Shown here: positions 1-8,649 of the stretch, in pieces
Numbering within the stretch: the first letter of the stretch is position 1
How the letters are laid out: every line of letters starts with the position of its first letter
Source: Candidatus Altimarinota bacterium
Lineage (GTDB): Bacteria; Patescibacteriota; Gracilibacteria; UBA1369; JBGAUX01
DNA: 64,000 bases
Direction: 5' to 3'
Assembly: GCA_044228405.1 (NCBI GenBank)
Contig: JBGAUX010000002.1
Coordinates: forward strand, 1,805 to 65,804
The notes under the pieces: model-generated
What the model saw: the letters and a program-made list of their open reading frames with translations, nothing else
Databases searched by the model: none
What the model was told of the DNA's origin: nothing
Translations under genes and position numbers: made by a program

Positions 1-1
1 T

Positions 2-769
2 AAGAGTGATGAAGAAACTAGTCAAACAATCATTTCTGGTATGGGTGAATTGCATTTGGATATCATTGTTGACCGTATGAGAAGAGAATTTAAAGTTGAA
101 GCAAACATTGGACAACCTCAAGTTGCTTACCGTGAAACTATTCAAACTGAGACTGAAATGGAAGAGAAGTATGTTAAACAAACTGGTGGTCGTGGTCAAT
201 TTGCACATGTTTGGATTAAAATTACACCTCTCGAACCAGGCGAAGGTTTCAAATTTGTTGATAAAATCGTTGGAGGTAAAATTCCAAAAGAGTTTATTCC
301 AAGTGTAAGTAAAGGTTGTGAAAGCGCAATGGGCCAAGGTGTTTTAGCTGGCTACCCAATGGTGGATATTCAAGTAGAACTATTTGATGGTTCTTACCAT
401 GATGTGGATTCATCTACTTGGGCTTTTGAATCGGCAGCTTCAATCGCATTTAAAAATGCTTGTCGTAAGGCAAACCCTGTTTTATTAGAACCAGTAATGG
501 ATGTAGAAGTAACAGTGCCAGAACAGTTCTTTGGAGATGTAATGGGCAACTTAAGTTCTCGTCGTGGACAAATTAGAGAATCAGGCGACCGAGGTGCAGT
601 TAAGTTTATTAAATCATTTGTTCCCCTTTCAGAAATGTTTGGTTACGCTACCGATTTAAGATCTATGACACAAGGTAGAGCAAACTATTCTATGCAGTTT
701 GCACATTACGAAAAAGTACCTGGAAACATCGCTAATAAAATTAGAGAGGAAAAGGGAATAACAGCCTAA
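2..769 (+). CDS. fusA: Elongation factor G, C-terminal portion (gene starts upstream of window)
   Basis: Frame open from window edge; translation [47 protein letters not shown]... is typical EF-G; directly upstream of tuf as in the str operon. Confidence 0.95.
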   Translation, partial: KSDEETSQTIISGMGELHLDIIVDRMRREFKVEANIGQPQVAYRETIQTETEMEEKYVKQTGGRGQFAHVWIKITPLEPGEGFKFVDKIVGGKIPKEFIPSVSKGCESAMGQGVLAGYPMVDIQVELFDGSYHDVDSSTWAFESAASIAFKNACRKANPVLLEPVMDVEVTVPEQFFGDVMGNLSSRRGQIRESGDRGAVKFIKSFVPLSEMFGYATDLRSMTQGRANYSMQFAHYEKVPGNIANKIREEKGITA

Positions 770-777
770 ATTTTTCC

Positions 778-806
778 TTGCAATTAAAAAACATTTTGGG
801 TAGTAT
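778..806 (+). promoter_or_regulatory. Sigma70-like promoter candidate upstream of tuf (TTGCAA-N17-TAGTAT)
   Basis: TTGCAA 778-783, 17-nt spacer, TAGTAT 801-806; about 65 nt upstream of tuf ATG. Confidence 0.4.
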
Positions 807-871
807 CCTTAAGCTTTTAAGGAGAAACCCTTAAAAAAGCAATTAATAATTATAAATTTAACATCTATCCC

Positions 872-2062
872 ATGGCAGAAGGAGTATTTGACCGCAGTAA
901 GGTCCATGTCAATGTAGGTACTATTGGCCACGTTGATCACGGTAAAACAACATTGAGTGCAGCTATTACAAATGTAGCAGCAGCAAAATTCGGAGGAAAC
1001 AACAAAGCAGTTGCATTTGATCAAATCGACAACGCACCTGAAGAAAAAGAAAGAGGTATTACAATCGCTACTTCTCATCAAGAGTATGAAACAGATAAAA
1101 GACATTACGCTCATGTGGATTGTCCAGGACATGCCGATTATGTTAAGAACATGATCACTGGTGCTGCTCAAATGGATGGTGCTATCTTGGTAGTTTCTGC
1201 TGCAGACGGACCTATGCCACAAACTCGTGAACATATCCTATTGGCTAAACAGGTTAATGTACCTTACATCGTTGTATTCATGAACAAAATGGATATGGCT
1301 GATCCTGAAATTGCTGAACTTTCAGAAATGGAAATTCGTGATTTATTAAACAAATATGGATTCCCTGGTGACGACACTCCAATTATTAAAGGATCTGCTT
1401 TGAAGGCTTTGGAAAATCCATCTGGCCCAGACGCAGAACCAGTTGTTGAACTTTTGAACACACTAGACGCATACATTCCAGATCCTACTCGTGATCTAGA
1501 CAAACCACTTTTGATGCCAGTTGAAGACGTATTCTCAATTAAAGGTCGTGGTACAGTTGCTACAGGTCGTATCGAACAAGGTGTAGTTAACATCAATGAT
1601 GAAATTGAAATCGTAGGTATTAAAGATACAAGAAAAGTAATTGTTACTGGTGTTGAAATGTTCCGAAAAACTTTGGACAGAGGTCAAGCTGGTGATAATG
1701 TAGGTATCTTGATGCGTGGTATTGAAAGAGAAGAAATTGAAAGAGGACAAGTAATTGCTAAACCTGGTTCAATCACTCCACATAGTGAATTCGAAGCTGA
1801 AGTTTATATCCTTACTAAAGATGAAGGTGGTCGACATACTCCATTCTTTAAAGGTTACAAACCTCAATTTTACATCCGAACAACTGATGTAACTGGAGAA
1901 GTAATTCTTCCAGATGGTGTAGAAATGATCATGCCTGGTGATAACATCAAAATGAATGTTGTACTTGGTTCTTCTATCGCTCTTGCAGAACAAACTCGCT
2001 TCGCTATCCGTGAAGGAGGCCGAACAGTTGGTGCAGGTGTTGTAACTAAGATCCTTAAATAA
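872..2062 (+). CDS. tuf: Elongation factor Tu
   Basis: 396 aa; G-domain motifs [21 protein letters not shown]; full-length EF-Tu. Confidence 0.98.
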   Translation: MAEGVFDRSKVHVNVGTIGHVDHGKTTLSAAITNVAAAKFGGNNKAVAFDQIDNAPEEKERGITIATSHQEYETDKRHYAHVDCPGHADYVKNMITGAAQMDGAILVVSAADGPMPQTREHILLAKQVNVPYIVVFMNKMDMADPEIAELSEMEIRDLLNKYGFPGDDTPIIKGSALKALENPSGPDAEPVVELLNTLDAYIPDPTRDLDKPLLMPVEDVFSIKGRGTVATGRIEQGVVNINDEIEIVGIKDTRKVIVTGVEMFRKTLDRGQAGDNVGILMRGIEREEIERGQVIAKPGSITPHSEFEAEVYILTKDEGGRHTPFFKGYKPQFYIRTTDVTGEVILPDGVEMIMPGDNIKMNVVLGSSIALAEQTRFAIREGGRTVGAGVVTKILK

Positions 2063-2114
2063 CACCCTGCGGATCGCGCACCCCGTGTGCACCGCAAAAC
2101 AACCATAGCTATCA

Positions 2115-2141
2115 AAGCCCGCCTTCGGCGGGCTTTTTGTT
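2115..2141 (+). terminator. Rho-independent terminator after tuf
   Basis: AGCCCGCC-TTCG-GGCGGGCT hairpin (2116-2135) followed by TTTTTGTTTG; preceded by a second GC-rich hairpin region 2066-2095. Confidence 0.8.
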
Positions 2142-2174
2142 TGCCAAAATTTATTTGCCACAGCAACATTAATT

Positions 2175-2987
2175 ATGATAAATTGCCCTCTTTTTAAAGC
2201 AAATCATAAGGCCATGAAATTTCTTAGTGGAACCACATTCACGGACGCAAGAGCTGAAAATATAGGAGCTACTACTAGTATTTTTAAACTACGAGAACCT
2301 TGGTCTAACCAAACTGTCCTTGATTGTATAAAGTCTCCATATCCCCATCCTGCCGGTAGTGTTAGGGAACAAATTCAACAATGCTTACGAGTTCATAATA
2401 TGGTGGTGGGACAATGCCCAGAGATTATACAAATAAGGAGTTTACTAAAAAGAGTTAATCCCACTTACTCCGGCCCAACAAATGGTCTACTAAGCAGATT
2501 TGAGGTTAAACCTCATTATGACGGTGCCCACGTGTTTCTAAATATGTCACAACCTCGGTCGACGCCCACCACAACAATGCATCCCCTAGTATACATTATT
2601 GGCCTGCTGGACATTTTCGACGATTTTATCATACCAAACTTTCCCACGGCAAAGACACGGTTGTTAGCATGGCGGACTAAATCTATGGAAGCCGTAAATA
2701 ATACTAAAAGCACAAAAAAAGACTTCGCCAAGATTGTTAAAGATTTTATATACATAACAAACGACCTAGTCACTGAAGATTATATTATTGAGCTTCGTCA
2801 ACGGCTTTCACAAAGTCACCAAAAGCTTTTTGGCATCAAACAAGGTACATTACTTGAGCAAAGTTGCTACTGGCAAACCGACACACAATTTGCCATTATT
2901 AGCGAGCATAGCCTGCACTACATGGGAGAAGTCATTACTCGTGAAGCCTTGCAAGTTCACAATCCCTCTCACTACGCAACTTTTTAA
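2175..2987 (+). CDS. Hypothetical protein, 270 aa, no recognisable family
   Basis: Long ORF with no recognisable motifs; looks GC-richer than the neighbouring ribosomal genes; stop codon overlaps the stop of the convergent 556-aa gene. Confidence 0.55.
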   Translation: MINCPLFKANHKAMKFLSGTTFTDARAENIGATTSIFKLREPWSNQTVLDCIKSPYPHPAGSVREQIQQCLRVHNMVVGQCPEIIQIRSLLKRVNPTYSGPTNGLLSRFEVKPHYDGAHVFLNMSQPRSTPTTTMHPLVYIIGLLDIFDDFIIPNFPTAKTRLLAWRTKSMEAVNNTKSTKKDFAKIVKDFIYITNDLVTEDYIIELRQRLSQSHQKLFGIKQGTLLEQSCYWQTDTQFAIISEHSLHYMGEVITREALQVHNPSHYATF

Positions 2988-4654
2988 TAAATCTCTTTGA
3001 GGTAGCAGTCTTCACAATAAACGGTTTTTGCGCGTTCGGGAGAATAAGCTGTAGAAATTGGTTTTTGGCAGTTGCCACAATTGCGTGACCCAAATTTATA
3101 AGGTGTCTTAAGATGCGTTCTGCGGATGTGTCTTTCGTCGGGATGCAAATGCGGTAAAGGAATACCAAGCTTTTTATAAAACACTAATTCTGCAGGCGTC
3201 GTTTTAAAGCTTCGTCCACTTTTTTCGCAAACCAATGCGTCGTTAGGCGCCAAGCCCACACCTTGGGCGGCCGTAGCACCTTGGGCAACCGCAGACTTAT
3301 TTACAGCTTCATACCATTTATAACCCTTTTTCAAAGCTTCTTCCTTAGTAAGCGGAAAATAATCTTGAGCCAAAGTTTGATTATAGCCGAAAAATGAAGT
3401 ATCAGCAGGTGGAAACTCGCCCCACTCCCCTTTTTGCTTCATGAATTCAATAATTTTAGGCACCAAAGCAAAATACTCCTCCTTTGTATACTGCTTATTC
3501 AAAATACAATATTGAGAGTTTCGCAAGCCGGTGCAACCAAAACAATCCTTTGAGCTAAAAGTAACATTACAATAAAACAGGTTTGCCGAGCCATCTACAG
3601 CAATATGAGAAAAATAAATAGCATTGGCATTTTGACCGCTTGCCAGACTCTCATAAATTAATTCGGCATTTTCGCCACAATAAGTGCAATCCAACGCATC
3701 CTTCAAATTTGGAAAAGAATTCAAAACATAGCAACAATCTTCCGTACCGGGCGAAATCATATAGCAAGCGGTACAATTTTTAGCTCCATTTATATAATCA
3801 CCTGTGCAATTTTCAGCACTAATATTGTGAAACTGAGGCTTAATTTGTTCAAAACTCATCAATCGCCACTTATTCCACAAGTCAGCTACAGTTTGATAAT
3901 CATTTAAATCAATCTCAGACATCAATTTTTCATATTCCTCCTTACTATATTGCTTATTCATAAAACAATATTGCTTTCCTCTCAAATTCCAACTCATAAA
4001 ACAATCACTACAATTTGAGCAATCCTCCAAAAAAGCCGAATCCCTACAATTCTTGCTGTGGAGCGAATATTTAAGATTATATGAATCGCTGCATTCCACA
4101 CACTCATAACAAAGTTCGCAGTTCAAAACAAAATAACAATCAACACAATCTTTTGAATTTTGCGCATTATAGCAATATAAACTGTCTTCCAAATAATTAC
4201 CGGCAAAACACAAATAACAATTTTTGTTATCAGCATTATAGTTTGTGTAAAGACTATTCTCAGAGTTCAGAGTCATAACGTGGGGCATAGGCGCCCGAGC
4301 CAACAAATCTTTATACTGGTCAAAAAAACCTCTATTAAAATCAAAATCCACCCCATACTCTTTTGCATCCCAATCATCGGCCCACCACAAATCCTTATGC
4401 CAAACCGTCGCTTCGGTCTCGGGGTTAAACATAGAAATCAACTTTTGCCCGCTTTTATCGCAAACTCTTTCGTACAAATTACGATCATTTCTCCACATCA
4501 TCCTGCGTTGCATCCTACAATTAAAACACAAAGTTGGCGAAGGCAACTCATACTTTTTCCCACCAATAACCGGCGCCAACTTCGCCCTCAAAGCCAATTC
4601 CTCCGGCCGAGAACCAATTACACCCTTACAACTTAAACAAGCTTGTGAATTCAT
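2984..4654 (-). CDS. Cysteine-rich protein (556 aa, 35 Cys by my count) with zinc-ribbon-like CxxC modules at both termini and an internal duplication
   Basis: N-terminal CLSC...CFNCRMQRRMMWRNDRNLYERVC and C-terminal VCEKSG...NCGNC...YCEDC modules; two central repeats each ending QYC(F/I)(M/L)NKQY(S/T)KEEY; no signal peptide. Confidence 0.85.
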   Translation of the reverse strand: MNSQACLSCKGVIGSRPEELALRAKLAPVIGGKKYELPSPTLCFNCRMQRRMMWRNDRNLYERVCDKSGQKLISMFNPETEATVWHKDLWWADDWDAKEYGVDFDFNRGFFDQYKDLLARAPMPHVMTLNSENSLYTNYNADNKNCYLCFAGNYLEDSLYCYNAQNSKDCVDCYFVLNCELCYECVECSDSYNLKYSLHSKNCRDSAFLEDCSNCSDCFMSWNLRGKQYCFMNKQYSKEEYEKLMSEIDLNDYQTVADLWNKWRLMSFEQIKPQFHNISAENCTGDYINGAKNCTACYMISPGTEDCCYVLNSFPNLKDALDCTYCGENAELIYESLASGQNANAIYFSHIAVDGSANLFYCNVTFSSKDCFGCTGLRNSQYCILNKQYTKEEYFALVPKIIEFMKQKGEWGEFPPADTSFFGYNQTLAQDYFPLTKEEALKKGYKWYEAVNKSAVAQGATAAQGVGLAPNDALVCEKSGRSFKTTPAELVFYKKLGIPLPHLHPDERHIRRTHLKTPYKFGSRNCGNCQKPISTAYSPERAKTVYCEDCYLKEIY

Positions 4655-4727
4655 ACATGCACTATAATACGTGATGCGTACTCAAACAAGTAACAGTAAA
4701 AGAGAGGGGAAAGATATGCGTCTAAGA

Positions 4728-4850
4728 AATCATAAAGGGAGCTACTGATTTCGCGCCCTCTTTCATTTCCCCAAGCAAGGGGGGAGGGGGAGAATGTGGG
4801 ATAGCGGAATCATAAAGGGAGCTACTGATTCCGATACCCACATCTCCCCC
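4728..4850. repeat. Structured G/C-rich element: a 23-nt direct repeat in two copies plus an imperfect ~19-bp inverted repeat
   Basis: AATCATAAAGGGAGCTACTGATT at 4728-4750 and 4808-4830 (80-nt period). GGGGGAGAATGTGGGATAGCGG (4786-4807) pairs with CCGATACCCACATCTCCCCC (4831-4850), placing repeat copy 2 exactly in the loop. Confidence 0.8.
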
Positions 4851-4852
4851 CC

Positions 4853-4881
4853 TTGACTTTCCCATTCAAAACCCTTATAAA
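4853..4881 (+). promoter_or_regulatory. Sigma70-like promoter for the S10 operon (TTGACT-N17-TATAAA)
   Basis: TTGACT 4853-4858, 17-nt spacer, TATAAA 4876-4881; implies a ~140-nt leader before rpsJ. Confidence 0.55.
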
Positions 4882-4989
4882 TTCCATACAAAATTTATTT
4901 CCTGCTTTTAGGAAGTAACCCGCCGCACCTTTATAGGACGGCAGGACAGCCCGGAAAATTATTTTTCATTCAAGGTCAAATTACACGAC

Positions 4990-5016
4990 CCGGGCAAATT
5001 AACCCGGTATTTTTTT
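4990..5016 (+). terminator. Terminator-like hairpin plus U-tract in the S10 leader (possible attenuator)
   Basis: CCGGG-CAAATTAA-CCCGG (4990-5007) followed by TATTTTTTT; 12 nt upstream of rpsJ ATG. Confidence 0.3.
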
Positions 5017-5028
5017 AATTTAACAAAT

Positions 5029-5343
5029 ATGTCTCAAAAAATTCGCATCAAAATACACGCTTTCGATCATAAAGTTATCGACGAAACCGCTAAAATGATT
5101 ATCGATACAGCAGAAAGAACAGGTGCAATGGTAGCAGGTCCAATTCCTTTGCCAACGCATATTAAAAAAGTAACTGTTAACAGATCTACTTTTGTACACA
5201 AAGATGCGCGTGACCAATTTGAGATTAGAACACACAAAAGATTAATTGATATTACCGAGTGTAATCCAAAAACTATCGACTCTCTATCCAACCTAAATTT
5301 ACCGGCTGGTGTAGATATCGAAATCAAAATGTTAACTAACTAA
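5029..5343 (+). CDS. rpsJ: 30S ribosomal protein S10
   Basis: 104 aa; [21 protein letters not shown]... S10 family; first gene of the S10 cluster. Confidence 0.97.
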   Translation: MSQKIRIKIHAFDHKVIDETAKMIIDTAERTGAMVAGPIPLPTHIKKVTVNRSTFVHKDARDQFEIRTHKRLIDITECNPKTIDSLSNLNLPAGVDIEIKMLTN

Positions 5344-5372
5344 TAAACCTTAAAATAAAAGGATATTTTTCC

Positions 5373-5401
5373 TTGACTGAGCACAATCGCTTCACTATAC
5401 T
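5373..5401 (+). promoter_or_regulatory. Internal promoter candidate between rpsJ and rplC (TTGACT-N17-TATACT)
   Basis: TTGACT 5373-5378, 17-nt spacer, TATACT 5396-5401 inside an unusual 146-nt rpsJ-rplC gap. Confidence 0.5.
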
Positions 5402-5489
5402 AACGCGGCATCTAATCGATGTATGTTACAAAACCCAAGTGGGTAAGCCGATTATCTCCTTGGAAAACTATAAGTAACCTCTACAATAT

Positions 5490-6074
5490 ATGAACGGTGG
5501 AATTCTCGGCAAAAAATTAGGCATGACCCGCATCATTCAAGATGATGGCCGCGTGATCCCGATAACTGTTGTACAGTGCAATCCTAATACGATTACACAG
5601 GTAAAAACAGCAGAAAATGACGGATATCCGGCGATAGTCCTCGGCTTTGACGAGTACTCAAAACCAGGGAAGTGCAAGAAGTTTAAACACGTAAGAGAGG
5701 TTCGTATTAGTAAGCTAGGCGAACATGAAAAAGGAGGACAAGTTACAGTAGAAATTTTTGAAGAAGGTGAAAAAGTAAGAATATCTGGAACCACTAAAGG
5801 TAAAGGTTTCCAAGGTAGTATTAAAAGACATAATTTCTCAAGAGGACCAGAAACTCACGGATCACATCACCACAGAGAACCAGGTTCTATTGGTGCTTGT
5901 GCGGCTCCAGGTAGAGTTGCAAAAGGTAAAAAGATGGCAGGACGAATGGGTGGAGACAAAATGAGTTTAAGAGAGGTTGAAGTTATATATAAAGATATTG
6001 AAAAAAATCTTCTAGGTATTAAAGGACCATTACCTGGAGCAATAAACAGCTTAGTACTTATTAATAAGAAATAA
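5490..6074 (+). CDS. rplC: 50S ribosomal protein L3
   Basis: 194 aa; MNGGILGKKLGMTRIIQDDGRVIPITVVQ...; an in-frame TAA at 5475 prevents upstream extension. Confidence 0.97.
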   Translation: MNGGILGKKLGMTRIIQDDGRVIPITVVQCNPNTITQVKTAENDGYPAIVLGFDEYSKPGKCKKFKHVREVRISKLGEHEKGGQVTVEIFEEGEKVRISGTTKGKGFQGSIKRHNFSRGPETHGSHHHREPGSIGACAAPGRVAKGKKMAGRMGGDKMSLREVEVIYKDIEKNLLGIKGPLPGAINSLVLINKK

Positions 6075-6084
6075 TTAAAAAAAG

Positions 6085-6714
6085 ATGAAAGTAGAACTCT
6101 ACAATCAAAAAGGTGAAAAGGCTGGAACAGTTGATTTAAATGTTGATATTTTTGACATCGAATTCAATAAAGATTTAGTGCACCAAGCTCATACAAGACA
6201 AATGGCTAACGCTAGATTGGCTTTAGCTCATACTAAAACTAGACATTTCGTTAACAGATCTACAAAGAAACCTTTTAGACAAAAAGGTACTGGTAACGCT
6301 CGTCAAGGTTCTACAAAGTCTGCCCAAATGAGAGGTGGAGGTATTATTTTTGGTCCTTCTAATGAAAGAAATTTCAAACAAGATATGCCAAAGAAACAAC
6401 GAAGAAAGGCTTTATTCTGTGCATTATCAGAAAAAGCACGCAGTGAACAAATTATAGCGTTAGAAAATTATTCAGAGGATTCAAAGAAAACTAAAGATTT
6501 TACAGCATTAATGAGTAAATTACCTGTTAAGAGAAATCTATTAGTGGTTATGGACCAACACAACGACGGTTTAGAGTTATCAGCAAGAAATCTTCCTACG
6601 GTTAAAACGATTTTGGTGAACTACCTAAACATTTCAGATTTGATCAAGTACGAAAAAGTTCTCTTTCTTAAAGAGGCTTTTTCTAAATTGGAAGAAGTAT
6701 TTTTAAAAAAATAA
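6085..6714 (+). CDS. rplD: 50S ribosomal protein L4
   Basis: 209 aa; ...FRQKGTGNARQGS... L4 motif; position in the S10 cluster. Confidence 0.96.
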   Translation: MKVELYNQKGEKAGTVDLNVDIFDIEFNKDLVHQAHTRQMANARLALAHTKTRHFVNRSTKKPFRQKGTGNARQGSTKSAQMRGGGIIFGPSNERNFKQDMPKKQRRKALFCALSEKARSEQIIALENYSEDSKKTKDFTALMSKLPVKRNLLVVMDQHNDGLELSARNLPTVKTILVNYLNISDLIKYEKVLFLKEAFSKLEEVFLKK

Positions 6715-6720
6715 ATTAGA

Positions 6721-7029
6721 ATGGATATTTTAAATACAATTATTGAGCCTATCGTTACAGAAAAAACTGCTGAACTGCAGAAGAATCTGCAATACACCTT
6801 TAAGGTGGGAAGAAAGGCAAATAAAACAGATATTAAGAGATTATTTGAGATGATGTACCAAGTTAAAGTTGATAAAGTTCATGTAATGGTTACTCCTGGA
6901 AAAGTTAGACAATTAAAAGGGAGTCGCATTCACACCAAAAGGGCAACTATTAAAAAGGCTATTATCACTTTAAAAAAAGGAGAGAAAGCTGTAGATCTAA
7001 ATAAATTAAAGCTTACTAGCACTAAATAA
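6721..7029 (+). CDS. rplW: 50S ribosomal protein L23
   Basis: 102 aa; size, sequence and position between rplD and rplB. Confidence 0.93.
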   Translation: MDILNTIIEPIVTEKTAELQKNLQYTFKVGRKANKTDIKRLFEMMYQVKVDKVHVMVTPGKVRQLKGSRIHTKRATIKKAIITLKKGEKAVDLNKLKLTSTK

Positions 7030-7031
7030 AC

Positions 7032-7865
7032 ATGGCGTTAAAAGTATACAAACCAACTACAAACGGCAGACGAGGAATGACATCCTCTACTTTCGATGAA
7101 ATAACAACCAACAAACCTGAAAAATCTCTATTAAGAGTAAAAATGAGAGGATCTGGTCGTAATTCACAAGGTAAAATCACTGTTAGACATCGTGGAGGAG
7201 GTGTAGCTAGAAAATATAGAGTAGTTGATTTCAAACAAACTGAAAAAATCGATATTCCAGCTAAAGTTGCAACTATCGAATACGATCCAAATAGAACTGC
7301 ATATATTATTTTGGCTCAATACGCGGATGGAGAAAAAAGATACCACATTGCACCACAAAACATTAAAGTTGGTGATAACATTATCACAAGCAAATCAGCA
7401 AAAATCGAAGTAGGAAACCGTATGATGATTAAACACATCCCGGTTGGATATAACATCTACAATGTAGAATTAACAGAAGGCAAAGGAGGACAAATCGTGC
7501 GTTCAGCCGGCTCATCTGCAAAACTAGTATCCCTAGAAACAGAAAGAGCACAAATACAATTACCATCAGGAGAAGTTCGTTTTATTAGCCAAAAATGTTA
7601 CGCTACTATCGGAATCGTTAGTAACCCGGAACAAATCAATATTAATGTTGGTAAAGCGGGTAGAACCAGATGGAAAGGTAGAAGACCGCAAGTAAGAGGT
7701 AAAGTTATGAATCCAGTAGACCATCCGCATGGAGGTGGTGAAGGTAATCAGTCAATTGGTTTGAAATATCCAAAAACGCCTTGGGGAATGCCGGCATTGG
7801 GTGTAAAAACTAGAAACAAGAGAAAATACAGTCAAAAATGGATTATCAAAAGACGTAAAAAATAA
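7032..7865 (+). CDS. rplB: 50S ribosomal protein L2
   Basis: 277 aa; ...VMNPVDHPHGGGEGNQSIG... L2 signature. Confidence 0.98.
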   Translation: MALKVYKPTTNGRRGMTSSTFDEITTNKPEKSLLRVKMRGSGRNSQGKITVRHRGGGVARKYRVVDFKQTEKIDIPAKVATIEYDPNRTAYIILAQYADGEKRYHIAPQNIKVGDNIITSKSAKIEVGNRMMIKHIPVGYNIYNVELTEGKGGQIVRSAGSSAKLVSLETERAQIQLPSGEVRFISQKCYATIGIVSNPEQININVGKAGRTRWKGRRPQVRGKVMNPVDHPHGGGEGNQSIGLKYPKTPWGMPALGVKTRNKRKYSQKWIIKRRKK

Positions 7866-7884
7866 TTTCTAACTAACCAATAAG

Positions 7885-8160
7885 ATGGCAAGAAGCTCAA
7901 AAAAAGGGCCATTCGTAGATCCGAGAATCATGAAGAAGGTGGTGAATATGAGTGCGAGTGATAAAAAACCTATCAAAACATGGTCAAGATCATGTGTTAT
8001 AGCACCAGAGTTTGTAGGACACACGTTCCTAGTTCACAACGGTAAAGAACATATTCCTGTATCAGTAAACGAAAATATGGTAGGACATAGATTAGGAGAA
8101 TTCTCCCCTACTAGAAAGTTCCGTGGTCATGGAGGAAAACTGGCCAAGTCACAAGGTTAA
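7885..8160 (+). CDS. rpsS: 30S ribosomal protein S19
   Basis: 91 aa; ...[39 protein letters not shown]. Confidence 0.97.
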   Translation: MARSSKKGPFVDPRIMKKVVNMSASDKKPIKTWSRSCVIAPEFVGHTFLVHNGKEHIPVSVNENMVGHRLGEFSPTRKFRGHGGKLAKSQG

Positions 8161-8180
8161 ACTAAAAAATTAAATTCACG

Positions 8181-8648
8181 ATGAAATCAATACTTAGATA
8201 TAGCAGAATCTCACCTAAAAAAGCCAACTTAGTTGCTGGCATGGTGCGTAATATGGAAGTTAGAAAAGCTTTAGACACTCTAAAGTTTACCCCTAAAAAA
8301 GGTGCTGACATTCTATATAAAGTAGTAGCATCAGCTAACGCAAATGCTCAAAACAATTTTAAGCAAAAAGAAGAACATTTGTTTGTAGAAGAGATTATCG
8401 TAACAAAAGGACCTACACTAAAGAGACATGTTCCTGTATCTAGGGGCCGTGCACACCCAATTCTTAAGAGAACTTCGCACATTACAGTTAAACTGGGAAT
8501 ACACGTTGCACACGGCACAGGAAGAGCTAAAAAAGAAGATAAAGATGATTCAACCGAAGAAACTACTGAAAAAAAGGCGACAACTGCCAAGAAGGCAGCA
8601 ACTAAAAAGGTAACTGTAAAAAAAGCTAAATCTACAACTAAAAAGTAA
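8181..8648 (+). CDS. rplV: 50S ribosomal protein L22 with Lys/Thr/Ala-rich C-terminal tail
   Basis: 155 aa; L22 core covers about residues 1-106, then KKEDKDDSTEETTEKKATTAKKAATKKVTVKKAKSTTKK. Confidence 0.95.
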   Translation: MKSILRYSRISPKKANLVAGMVRNMEVRKALDTLKFTPKKGADILYKVVASANANAQNNFKQKEEHLFVEEIIVTKGPTLKRHVPVSRGRAHPILKRTSHITVKLGIHVAHGTGRAKKEDKDDSTEETTEKKATTAKKAATKKVTVKKAKSTTKK

Positions 8649-8649
8649 T

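Noticed and set aside
809-2169. Track ORFs on the minus strand opposite tuf (809-1234, 1264-1596, 1535-1750, 1769-2161, 1870-2169)
   Set aside because: They are antisense shadows of the highly conserved tuf gene. Their translations are low-complexity or Cys/Ser-rich with no protein-like features. The same applies to the antisense and alternate-frame ORFs inside the ATPase, copA, secY, pyrB, the STAND gene, uvrB and others.
4728-4833. The direct repeats at 4728 and 4808 as a CRISPR array
   Set aside because: There are only two copies of a 23-26-nt repeat, there are no cas genes, and the 'spacer' forms an inverted repeat with flanking sequence. It is better explained as a regulatory or structured element.
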